A model generated the notes under the pieces. That model ran no database searches. It saw only the letters and a program-made list of their open reading frames with translations, and was not told the DNA's origin. This document shows positions 20,400 through 30,900 of a stretch of 64,000 bases of DNA, one piece after another (positions within the stretch are counted from its first letter, which is position 1; each line of letters begins with the position of its first letter). This DNA is from Cyanidioschyzon merolae (lineage: Eukaryota): assembly GCA_000091205.1 (NCBI GenBank), contig AP006501.2; one strand, 5' to 3'. The translations under genes were made by a program, and so were the position numbers.

Positions 20400-22220
20400 A
20401 AACAGTGTCGCGTCCCACTTCATGAGTGTTTGTAACGCTTCCCTAGAAAAGATGCATTTTGTGAGGGACATGTACCACGACGTAGCGGATACCAAAACAG
20501 TCAAAGTTCCGGAAGAATTTTTCACGGTTACCTCCATCTGGCACCTGATGGCTGCCACAGGGGAAATGTCGGGGAGGAACGATCCAGTGCACGCCTTCTA
20601 CGAAAACTATCCCTTCTGCAGCATCAACGGTACTCGATGCAGGGCTGACTCGGGTATTTACACTTACGAGGCGATAGAGTATCTCACGAACCTGGGGAAC
20701 CAAACAATCGTAAACCACGAACGGTTCATCAAAGGCTGCATCTTTGCGCTCTACTCGGCCTGTCTCATAGGGTGGGTGACCATCATCGATAGCTCGACTA
20801 GAGATCGCCAGTATGAATAAGAGATCGAATTCTTCGACGAGGAGACATCACACAGGAGCACTACTGAAGGTTCTGTGATCCGTGCGGCTATTAAAGAGCA
20901 ACGTGGGGCCTCGAGGCTAGCGGATCAGCAGAAAACGTATCAGATATGAAAAAACATGAAAAGGAATTTTATCCCCTATCCTGCGCTATGTCGTATTTTT
21001 GAACAGAGAACTCGAGCGCAGGGCCAAAACGGAGCAGGGTGTGGAAGAAAATGAGGAGTCGATGGGGCGGCGGACTGCGCCTTTGGGGAAGCGCTTCAAA
21101 ATCGTACTGTTATGCAACATCAAGTCATATTTTGTGAAAATCGACCCCAGAGTCCTTTACGGCACACTGAAGGAGGTAAGTTCGGATTTCGATGTAAGCA
21201 ACTTGGAATTTACGGGCGAAAACCTGGAGACTCATTGGAAGCACATCTTCGATTTCAAACGTCTCAAAATGAGCAAGAAAAAGGTATTCAAGGAGATGAT
21301 CGAAAGCGATGGAGTATCCATACGCGTTGACTACAGGTGCTTGAAGGTGGATCGTCCTGTTTTGTCCTCGATATCGCGGGTGACGAAGCGTGACGAAATG
21401 AATGATGCGGACCCTACGACGTAGGAGGTGCAGGCGAAGGACCTCGTCGCCGGCGTGGACCGTGGGAACACGAATATCATGACCATTGCTGTTTCCATGC
21501 ATGGGAAAAATGCAAGGGCTCCCATCGCACAGGTGCAGCAAATGGAGAGCATAACCTCTGGACTTGTGACGACGCGGTTAACGACTTTTGCAATGAAACC
21601 CGCAGCGTATGGCACATTTACCTGAGCGGTTATACTCAGACCAGTGGATTTTGGAGTACATGTGCCAGCAACCCATTTTGTTATTGTTTCTTTTGCTCCC
21701 AGGCATTCAAAGAAAGCAATGGATCCCTTAGATTCGATAATTGTGGAGAAGAGACCTCAAACTGTCACTTTTAGCCTGCGAGCAATGATCTGACTCGTTC
21801 AATTCGGTCATTCTGCCATCAGCAGGTGGATGGATCACCTTTATCGTCGTCTTTGACTTGAACTTCGTGCATGAAAGGCAAAACTTAACAAACTCCCTCA
21901 CATAGACAGAATCGGCATCGATCCGTTCCACTCCATACACTCTCGCAGAAATTCTGCCGAAGAACCCAAATCGTGTGGAGTCCCCAGTCCTTTGATGCGA
22001 GGGATGATGAAGAGACACGAATGGACGAAGGAAAAAGCATGCTTCTTTGGGAGTTAATTGCGTGTTTGACGGGCCATTACCGACTCTGTACCGATGTAGA
22101 AGGCTTTTTCCAGAAGCGATATGTTTCGGCCTCTTACGATGAGACCTCTTTCGGAAGAAATGCGAAAGATGTTGATGAATACTTCACGAAGAAGGACAAC
22201 AAATGTTGTTCGTAATGAAG
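20400..22220 (+). mobile_element. Degenerate TnpB/Fanzor-like element, copy 1. N-terminal region, RuvC-I and zinc-finger segments are present; the RuvC-III tail appears absent
   Basis: Homologous at nt and aa level to 46066-47940. GKRFKIVLLCNIKSYFV matches GKRFKVVPLCNIKSYFV; LVAGVDRGNTNIMTIAVS matches VVGADPGDTNIIAIAVS (RuvC-I GxDxG). 21973-22215 (ACLTGHYRLC..KRYVSASYDE) matches copy 2's AGCWASKKWC..RRFATIPIDE. Confidence 0.65.
20999..21625 (+). pseudogene. Fanzor/TnpB-like nuclease ORF fragments of copy 1, interrupted by an in-frame TAG at ~21422
   Basis: ORFs 20999-21424 and 21428-21625 are in the same frame, separated by a stop; the RuvC-I motif lies in the second piece. Confidence 0.6.
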
Positions 22221-24552
22221 AGACAAGCTAGAATAATGACGACATCAGCCCATGCGCAGATTCCATCGAGTGGTAGTACGCAGGTCGCCAAACCTAGGGG
22301 ATCCCTCAGCAACCCATGCATCCTCGGGGCGCTATGTGGCACCTCCATTGTATATTTTTCTTGATTTGAGATGAAGTTGCTTTCCATAACTCTCTAGCGA
22401 TCAAGGAATAAGCAGCTGAGATAAGCGTTGAGCTGCCCTACATATCGGTCCATTCTTGCATGCAAAATCCGGTCGAGTGCGTCCTCTCGATTGCTATACG
22501 ATATTTTCTCGGCCTCGAATTCATAGACGAGACGTTTGCGTCCGTAACAAAGCAGTTCTTCGATAGATCCTTCTTCAACAAGTAATTCTCTACCTTAACC
22601 AGCTTTCAAATGCCCTGTGGCTCTTCCGATCTTTCGGACAAGGGTGTGCAAAAGCGCGCTCTGGCAGTGGAAGTGCCCGCGGCGAAGAAGATGCAAGAAG
22701 GTCACGGAGCATAGTAGAGACACATCTGCATTGTGGTTAGCGTCCGTCCCGCCGTCCTTCTAGTGTATCCAAGTCCCCGGGAGAATAAGATTACAAATAT
22801 AGCTACCGGATCTATGCTACTCTGCTAAGAAAAAGAAAAGGCGAGGAAGCAGAAGAACAAGCGACCAGACAGAGAAAGATACTGTCTGAAAGAAGAGGAG
22901 GAATAGGAAGGGATAACAGTAGGACACGGATTCAATCTTAGAATACCTTTAAGGTCTCTCTGCTAAAAATTGCCAAGAGGATATTTTTCCAATCGTTGAG
23001 ATTAAGGACGCCGTTAGGGACCGTATTGCACCTTGCTCGAGGACAATTCACCAGGCCTGCATAACATTGACACATCTCGTCAATGAATTGCTCGGCGTTC
23101 CAGGTGCGGAACTCCAAGGTACCCGCATTCCAATGGAATTTTTCGATCAAATATTCGTGCCAGAACTGAGACCCGGGACAGAAGCTGCGATACGACCTGA
23201 TATATCCAGAGCTCTAAATCATCATGAACCGGGCGGAATAGACACCAGGGGGCATACCAATATCGGGAATTTCAGTAGCTAGACCTCCATCTCGACGCTC
23301 TGCTTACGGTATTGATCTGAGAGGGATGATTTGTGCGCTTCTCTCACGGTATATGATGGTTCGGATGGCGCATGAGGACGATCCTTGGCTGGGATACCTG
23401 AGACGGTGCTGGTTTCGCCGCAAGTCTTGTTTGTATGGAGGTAAAACGTGCATTTGCGAAATTCGGGAATGGAAGAAATAGAAAATATCTGATAAGTTGC
23501 GTTGTTCGGGGGTTGCCTATGTCGCTTAACTTGCCGAAGAGCGCAAGGGCTCCACCCCTGCTCCTTCACAAAAAGCGCACAATGAGTGAAGGAATCGCTT
23601 CTGTTCGATTCCAATCGATGCTTTTGAGAGAACACTGACGCATCATGAGCTCGAGTGCACGCTGGAAAAGGTACAGAAACAAAGGGGGAAACAGAGCCGA
23701 ATGCAAGTGATGATACACAGTAAGTTGATCGAACTTCAAACGGCAAGGGAATCGAAGTAAAGAGGCTTGCTATGGATAATTTCACTAGGATCCATGAGCG
23801 TAAGCATGTCCTGCACCAGGACTTGAATGCTTCGAGAATCATCCGGAAATGTCTCGTACTTTCGGAACTTCCTGCCGCTGCTGGCGAGCGACGATTCAAG
23901 GGAATCATTTAGCGCTCAGTCTGGGCATTCTGATGAAACGTTGAGAAGCACGGATGAAAAACGTGAGTCGCCCGGAGAGATTGGAAGTGATTCCCGCCTG
24001 GAGCGAGTCACTGGTATGGCACAGTTCAGCAAACCACCAAGACCTAAACTCGATATCCATTCACGGAAAACGGTTTTCCATGAGACTAGCTAAACGATAT
24101 CTCGAGTTCGACTATTTGGTTTTAAATAGTATATTTTAACTTGTCCTGGCAAGCATGATCGTTTCTTCGAACGCCCTGCTGGGCATGAAGGTAGCCTCTA
24201 CATACAGCGGAGCTATGAGTCGGCGAGCTTCTCTCAGCCTCGTGAAAAGCCATTCAACACAAATACGTTTCAAATCAATGGCATGCCTCAGATTATCTTC
24301 ATCATACACAGGTCATCCACTACATACAGCATGAGTAGGCATTGATACTCCGCCAATCCTCCGTTTGGAGCGTCTGCCTGGAACGCCAAGCGTATCTTTC
24401 TCCGGGTGGCACAGTGTGCGGCCCAGCACGAGGACCAGATCCGACCGAAATGCACAGCGAACAGAATGTTTCGCAGCTGTTCCGCGATGTGTCGCAAGCT
24501 CTAGCAACGGGAGAGCTGTCGCAGATCGCACTTTTGACTAACTATTACTTCA

Positions 24553-25938
24553 ATGGCACAAAATGTCGAAGATGCAAGGCTCAAAGCTGAAGAGGAGGAA
24601 CAACTGCAGCGGAGCTTGTTGAGCATATTCCTACGGCGTCGCGATATTTGGGAGGAAGTTTGTGGCGACTTGCTCTTCGATCCGCTTTACGAATGGTGTG
24701 ATTACCCGACAGCTAAGGACCAGCGTGCAGTTGAACGTGCTATCATCGATGTTGATTTCGGACGGGCGGTCGTGCTGCTTCGACAGAAAAGATTCACGGA
24801 CGACGACGATAGCATCCTGGAGCGACGACTCGTCGGGCTGCTTCGCTGTTTATATCTGCAAGAGCCTCCATCGTCTTTGGTCCAAGACTTAGAGGCAGAA
24901 TTCTGCCAAGAGCACTTCACAAGGGAAAAGCACTTTAACTTTATGGACGGTGTACTGGACTCTCGTCGCGAGCTCGGAGAGGAATACCTCAGCCTTGAGG
25001 CCAGCCAGACTTGGATATTGTACTGGATTGCACACTCGCTGAATATTTTGGGCCGTAAGCTAACTGAATCTGAAGCCCGGGGCATCACTCGGTTCTGCTT
25101 GGAATGCCGAACGGAACAAGGTGGCTTTGGTGGGGGTATCGGCCATCATCCTCACGCAGCCGCGACGTTTGCAGCGACGTCGGCCCTTTTCATTGCCGGC
25201 ACTGTGTTGCCTGAAGCATTTGAGGTCTTGGATAGGCGGAAGTTCTTGCACTGGGTTCTGAGAGATCTGAAAATATCTCTGCCGGAGGGCGCCGCTTTTC
25301 GTGTGACAAGAGACGGAGAATCCGACGTTCGAGCAACGTATTGCGTTCTTGCTACAGCCTCGCTTTTGGGTGTACTAACAGAAGAGCTTGCCTCCGGAGT
25401 AGCTTCATGGATCTCTTGTTTACGTGCATTCGATGGAGGTTTCGGAGGTGAACCTTATAATGAGTCTCATGGAGGCTACACGTTTTGTGCTTTGGCTAGC
25501 CTGAGAATTCTGAACGATTCTGGGTTTTTATCCGAAAAGGAATTTGAAAGTTTGGTTAATCCATGCAGAAAATGGCTTCTCCTAAGACAGCGGCAGTTCG
25601 AGGGAGGATTCCAGGGAAGACCGAATAAACTTGTGGATGCTTGTTACGCGTATTGGATTGGAGCTTCTTGCAAAATAGTGGACGTTGAGTTCAACGCATC
25701 AGCGTTGGCAAGGTATCTGCTGCGCTACTGCCAGGACTTCGAGACAGGTGGCTTTCGGGACAAACCGGGTTCAGACCCTGATTTTTATCACACGTGCTAT
25801 GCTTTAAGCGGCTTGTGTCTCACGGGTTGGCATGCTCTCGGCGAAAATGGAACCAAAGTCGAGCTACTTGAATTAGACCCCATTTATAATCTCACAACGA
25901 ATGCGCTCAAACAAGCGAAGGAGTTTTTCGCAGACTAG
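24553..25938 (+). CDS. FNTB: Protein farnesyltransferase beta subunit
   Basis: Prenyltransferase beta repeats: GGFGGGIGHHPHAAATFAA, FDGGFGGEPYNESHGGYTFCALASL, RQRQFEGGFQGRPNKLVDACYAYW, DKPGSDPDFYHTCYALSGL. The N-terminal extension is typical of the FTase-beta type. Confidence 0.9.
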   Translation: MAQNVEDARLKAEEEEQLQRSLLSIFLRRRDIWEEVCGDLLFDPLYEWCDYPTAKDQRAVERAIIDVDFGRAVVLLRQKRFTDDDDSILERRLVGLLRCLYLQEPPSSLVQDLEAEFCQEHFTREKHFNFMDGVLDSRRELGEEYLSLEASQTWILYWIAHSLNILGRKLTESEARGITRFCLECRTEQGGFGGGIGHHPHAAATFAATSALFIAGTVLPEAFEVLDRRKFLHWVLRDLKISLPEGAAFRVTRDGESDVRATYCVLATASLLGVLTEELASGVASWISCLRAFDGGFGGEPYNESHGGYTFCALASLRILNDSGFLSEKEFESLVNPCRKWLLLRQRQFEGGFQGRPNKLVDACYAYWIGASCKIVDVEFNASALARYLLRYCQDFETGGFRDKPGSDPDFYHTCYALSGLCLTGWHALGENGTKVELLELDPIYNLTTNALKQAKEFFAD

Positions 25939-26014
25939 ATATACTATTATTTAGTCGTCGATTTGATTTGGGAATAGACGCTAAAGCAGCTTAAACCAAC
26001 AAAACTCTAAGATT

Positions 26015-26497
26015 TTACTTGCCTTTCTGCTCACGGGACGATTTCTTGCTGGACTGAAAGTCGAGGGCCCATAGGCTTGGAGGAATACTGATACGCATCA
26101 ACACGTAGTGAAAATCTAGGTGTTCGCAAGGTCTTAGTTCTTCTTTTGGTCTTATGTACAAAGAATGCTGACCATGTGCTGAGTATGACGACATAGCTCC
26201 AGATGCATGCAGAGTAAGGTACTCTCTTATGTAGCGTCCACTAATTTGGATAGTATGTTTGAGATTGCACGGAGACGAAACAGAAAACCAATCGCATAAT
26301 TCGCGCGCGGCGTACGGAAGATTTTTGTGCTCGATCTCAATTACTGGCCGGCGCGCCAGCCCAAATTTCGGTCTCGCTGGCAATCGTACAGGAGAGAACA
26401 ATATTTTCTCGACATGGGAAAATGTATTCGTGTGGTAGCACTTAGACTGAAATCTCGATCTTACCCGTAAATCTATTCCTCGTAACCAATCTCTCAA
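26015..26497 (-). CDS. Hypothetical small basic protein, 160 aa, product unknown
   Basis: An ORF filling the gap between convergent FNTB and the large gene; no recognisable motif. Confidence 0.3.
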   Translation of the reverse strand: MRDWLRGIDLRVRSRFQSKCYHTNTFSHVEKILFSPVRLPARPKFGLARRPVIEIEHKNLPYAARELCDWFSVSSPCNLKHTIQISGRYIREYLTLHASGAMSSYSAHGQHSLYIRPKEELRPCEHLDFHYVLMRISIPPSLWALDFQSSKKSSREQKGK

Positions 26498-27214
26498 AGG
26501 TTGCGGCAGCGGATGTTACGTTTTTTTCGCTTAAAAGCTCTCACACGGAGTTTCCATTTGCTTGGTTTTTATTCGATCCATGCCTCTCGCATATGCTGCA
26601 AATTATTCGTATACGTGAAGCTTCAGCTTCTCTTTGATTTTTGGTTCTGCTATGTTTCGCTAGCAAGCATTCGAGTCTGTTCTTTGGCTCCTGCAGAGCA
26701 GCGCTTGCTAAGGTCTATGCATTGATTTCAAATGAACACTGGAGGCCCGCTTGCAGGAGTGCGGGCTGTGGAAATCCCCAACATGCAGGTGCCTGTCATA
26801 CTTTGCTGAAGGCCAGTAGAATCACGCTCGGAACCGGTTACCCTTTACTGACGGCAGCAAGTATCCTCTTGAATTCTGAGATTTGGTACAGTGGAGCATA
26901 AGCGTCGGCGATGAGCTCGTAGCCGATACGTGCAGCCCTTGAAAAAATCAGCTTTTTAGAACTCAGTCAACCGCCTCCACACGCCTTTCCCTGCTTGTTT
27001 TACTCACTCCTGACAGCGAACGCATGTCTTTTCTGTCTCTGGCTGGAAGCCAACGTCTGGATAGGCACTAGCCGCGTTGCCAGGAAGCGAGGATTCCAAC
27101 AGAAGTTCGTTCCAGAGTTTGAGAGTAAAGCATCAAATTTTGGGTTCGGATTTCTGCATTACTGCTCACTTGAGAACAACATCCGACCTTGAAAAGATGC
27201 CATACATTCGCGGC

Positions 27215-30200
27215 CTAGAGGGCATTTCGCGAGGTGATAGATTTGTTGAAACGTATTGAGACTGTCGCATGAGCCGAATCCTTCTCGAGTGCAGGACAAC
27301 CAAATCCGCCGCGCACATAGAACTCCTGCTCGGATTGCTCGCTTGCTTGAGTTCCATCCTCGTCTGAGCCTTCATCATAGACGCTATCTATGTCGCACCT
27401 TTCAGAGGCCTCAATGTCGTCAGAGAAACTGTCTTCCGAATCTAAGAAATCTGTTTGGCTTGCGTCTGAAACGATGTCAGTACTGTCTCGGTCTTCACCG
27501 CCGAAGATGAGCTCCAATGCATTGTTCGTTCGGGTAGAGGATGTTGGGCCGTGCAGAAGCCCTTCGATATCATATGAATACAGTTTGCACCATGAAATAA
27601 TTTCGCCGCGGAGCTCCTCTGTTCGAAGCAATATTCGTGGAGAAAGTTTCATGAGCCGCTTATTCGCAGAGTTGTCAAAACTGCCGACTTCAGTGAACGA
27701 ATTAGACATCTTTGTTGCTTCACATAAAGTTTCACACAAGTTCAGCGCTTTCGCGAAAACGAAAGCGATCGCATCGCGGACGGTGACGAGCTCCATCCCC
27801 TGTGGCGGTTGAACACGATTGAGGCGGTCCAGTCGAGAACGTAGTACAGGCAAGACTGCGAGAAGCTCACTGAAGAAGACCACCCTACAGGTTTGACGGT
27901 CGGATCGAGCATTCTGTACCACCGCGAATACCCGCCTGCAAACCTCAATGCTAAAATGGGAGGATCGAAGTTGATTTCGCAGGTGACCGTGTGATTCTCG
28001 AATGAGCAATCGAGGGAGGCATAGCGCAATCCACGGGATTGACGCATTCGTCACACAGTTGAAACGAGGATGCGTACTCGGTGAGCTCCAGTTTTCAAGT
28101 ACATCTAGCAACTGCCCGACCTCATTCGGTAGGCAACTTTCCGGCAGACTGTATAACCATTTCCAAACGCGATAGCGCTCCGAAAGAAAAGGATGTCGAG
28201 AGTTGCCCCCACATGGCGAATTCAAATACTTCCGAACTATCTTAGCATTCGGTTCTGCATCGAACTTTCTGGTAAGCGCGTACTTCCGAAGCATTGTACA
28301 GCGCTCCCGCAATTGCAATGCAAAGGAGCACGATGGATGAGTTTGTTTCCAGTGCTTGATACGCAGCTTTGCACAGGTCTCGAACACGTTAGTGGCCAGG
28401 ATAGCCTCCAGGACTGTTCGAGCACCGTGTGTCAACGTCTCAAAATATTCAAGCACATCGAAAACCAGATTCTGTTCGATCTCTGTGCCGCCGGCGCCTA
28501 TGTAGTACCAGACAGTCAGGTGCCAAAGACGCAGGAGTGCCGGCGCCAACGCCATACACAGCGGACTCGTTTCACGCATGCATAGACATGTTTTCTCGCA
28601 CAGGTAGCTCAGCCAGGCGGGATTCCACAGATCTGCAAAGTGCTTCAATCCGCCAAGATCTTCAGTGATACCTGTTTCGAGTTCGTCTAGGAGGCAGAAA
28701 ATCTGACCTGTGCTATGCAAGAGATCAGACTTAATGATCCGCTGAACTAGCAGAGGGACATTTGTCTCTTCAGAAATGGATCTATATAGGGCCTCGATTC
28801 TTGTCATGGCATTTCTAGAATCAGGAGCGCGCTCAAGGAAAATGAAGATTCCAACAGCTATCGCCCTCTCCAGCTGGTCTAACGCATGAGCAAAGACCCA
28901 AGCAAGCTCAGGTGGAACGGGTCTGCGACAATGTTCCATTGCACCTAGCAGAATTTCCCGTCCGTGAATTGCACATTCCACAGCTTTTGAGACCTCAACA
29001 GTTTGCATAGAGCATATGTCGGTCGCAAGCTCAGTGAGGACACTGCTGAAATTCTCAGAGGGGCCTGTAGGCTCCTGCTCGTATGCCGCAAAAATAGATG
29101 CCTCGTAGAGTTTGAAAACGTTTCGAGGTACAGCCACCTGAAAGTCTCTCCATGAGCTATCTGTGCACGCAATATACGCACGAAGCGCTTGCCGCGTGAA
29201 ATGAGGCATGCTCTTCGAGAGTGATTTCGTCCGAAATATTCGACAGCCATGAAATATGTCGCTTGGGATGATTTTCTCTAGTATAGCAGCAAAACCATCC
29301 GGATTGATTCCATGTTCAGCAGAATCAGCAATGAGGCCGAGCAGGCTCGCCGCGAAAACTTCTTGAGCATCCATAGGAACGTTTTCCAGAATACTCCTGA
29401 GAACGACAAGTCGCTCCTGCTCGTCGCATCCGCGCGTAGTTGCTCGAACGTACAGTCGAGCCATGCTGCAAGCAGTATTCCACTGCCATAACGCTTGTTT
29501 CCGTATCAGCGAGCTTAAATTTGAAAGAATCCTCGAATCCTTTTCCCCCAGCGTTTGAAAAACGAGTGCGAACATATCAAGCATTGTCTCTGTCTGCAGC
29601 ATGTGCGAGAACGAAGAGACGCGATCCAGAATGAGTGGGGCGAATGGTAGCATCGTTTGCGTACGCGATCGACATAGCTCAAGTAAGGCAGAGGCGGCCT
29701 TGATTCTAAAAGCTCCCCCATGCTTTCGTGAGCTGCGGTACTTCGCAGATTGAAGAGGTACTGCACCACTGAAACACACTCCAAGAAGGTCTTTCACGAT
29801 ATCGGATCTTATGGACGCGTAAGAATCAAAAAATGTTGGCAAGCATACCTCAAGAACATCCCAGGATTTCTCGTGGGAACACAGAATTCGCAGAAAACGC
29901 AGCGCCCCAGTCGGAAATCTTTCAAATGCCGACATGTATGTTGCTAAGATACCGCGCAAGCACATTGCGTTCAAGCGTCGTGCAATCAGACTCTCTGAGA
30001 TAGCAATCTCAGCTATCCTGTCCATCCGAATTCGAGAAAGCATAAACAGCCAAAGACAGAAATCAAATGGCGAGATTTGGTCTGGAGACGGCCTATATCG
30101 AAACCTATTACGATGCCCATTCCGCGCATTCGAAGCCTTGCGTGGATGCCCCAGATCATCAAGGCACTTTTTCTCATCGCGCCCTTCGGTAAAACTATCA

Positions 30201-30820
30201 CTGAAGATCCTCTCCAGAACGTAACGGTCTATTCGTGAAACATCATCCAGCACTTCCACGACGAGAAAAAGAAGTTCAGGGGATGCGTCTTTCAGGTACT
30301 CGCGGATACGCTTGAAAAAAAGACCGCTCTTGGAACCTGACAGTTTGAGAAGTGCTCGAATAAGCGACGGAATTTCATTCTCTTCTACGTTGCCTAAGGA
30401 CTGCAGCGCAAGTTCGACTACGCCAGCGTGGAGTTTTCCTGACAGAGGCAACTCGCTGGCTGAAGCCAGTACTGGCACGAGCAAACTGCGGTCTAAAGCG
30501 ACGAGTTCCTTGTAGACTAGGAACGCGTTGTTGACGTCTTCCTGGCTACCAGATATAATATGCGCGGAGTAAGGCAGCAAGGTCCTAGGGTACAACGGCA
30601 GCAGCTCGAGAAAACGCTCCGTTACGGCTGGGGACGGTTGGCAGACGTGCTGCTTGATGATTTTGCAAGCTTCATCGAGAGCTTCTTCCTCTCCCAACTC
30701 CGAGGCAATCTCTAGCAGAAACAGTCCTGCTTCAGAACAAGTATCCCGTTGAGCTAGTAGTGAAATAGTTTCAGTAAGTTGCGCAGCGCCTATGGCCCGT
30801 AGCAGGTTTTTTGTGCTCAT
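27215..30820 (-). CDS. Large alpha-helical (HEAT/ARM-like) protein with an acidic Ser/Asp/Glu C-terminal tail. A FANCD2/FANCI-like identity is possible but unverified
   Basis: Uninterrupted 1201-aa ORF with helical-repeat character and a C-terminal DSEDSFSDDIE..DEGSDEDGTQASEQSEQE tail. Confidence 0.6.
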   Translation of the reverse strand: MSTKNLLRAIGAAQLTETISLLAQRDTCSEAGLFLLEIASELGEEEALDEACKIIKQHVCQPSPAVTERFLELLPLYPRTLLPYSAHIISGSQEDVNNAFLVYKELVALDRSLLVPVLASASELPLSGKLHAGVVELALQSLGNVEENEIPSLIRALLKLSGSKSGLFFKRIREYLKDASPELLFLVVEVLDDVSRIDRYVLERIFSDSFTEGRDEKKCLDDLGHPRKASNARNGHRNRFRYRPSPDQISPFDFCLWLFMLSRIRMDRIAEIAISESLIARRLNAMCLRGILATYMSAFERFPTGALRFLRILCSHEKSWDVLEVCLPTFFDSYASIRSDIVKDLLGVCFSGAVPLQSAKYRSSRKHGGAFRIKAASALLELCRSRTQTMLPFAPLILDRVSSFSHMLQTETMLDMFALVFQTLGEKDSRILSNLSSLIRKQALWQWNTACSMARLYVRATTRGCDEQERLVVLRSILENVPMDAQEVFAASLLGLIADSAEHGINPDGFAAILEKIIPSDIFHGCRIFRTKSLSKSMPHFTRQALRAYIACTDSSWRDFQVAVPRNVFKLYEASIFAAYEQEPTGPSENFSSVLTELATDICSMQTVEVSKAVECAIHGREILLGAMEHCRRPVPPELAWVFAHALDQLERAIAVGIFIFLERAPDSRNAMTRIEALYRSISEETNVPLLVQRIIKSDLLHSTGQIFCLLDELETGITEDLGGLKHFADLWNPAWLSYLCEKTCLCMRETSPLCMALAPALLRLWHLTVWYYIGAGGTEIEQNLVFDVLEYFETLTHGARTVLEAILATNVFETCAKLRIKHWKQTHPSCSFALQLRERCTMLRKYALTRKFDAEPNAKIVRKYLNSPCGGNSRHPFLSERYRVWKWLYSLPESCLPNEVGQLLDVLENWSSPSTHPRFNCVTNASIPWIALCLPRLLIRESHGHLRNQLRSSHFSIEVCRRVFAVVQNARSDRQTCRVVFFSELLAVLPVLRSRLDRLNRVQPPQGMELVTVRDAIAFVFAKALNLCETLCEATKMSNSFTEVGSFDNSANKRLMKLSPRILLRTEELRGEIISWCKLYSYDIEGLLHGPTSSTRTNNALELIFGGEDRDSTDIVSDASQTDFLDSEDSFSDDIEASERCDIDSVYDEGSDEDGTQASEQSEQEFYVRGGFGCPALEKDSAHATVSIRFNKSITSRNAL

Positions 30821-30900
30821 GTGTACTAGAGCTCATGGAAAATAAATGAATTTTTCGCGCGCAAATTTCTTCGCGAAGCGCAGTTCTCGTTCGGCAGTGT

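Noticed and set aside
23279-23908. 209-aa minus-strand ORF in the lower-GC block
   Set aside because: Ser/Pro/Cys-rich low complexity with no homology cue. It is kept only as part of the TE-remnant region finding.
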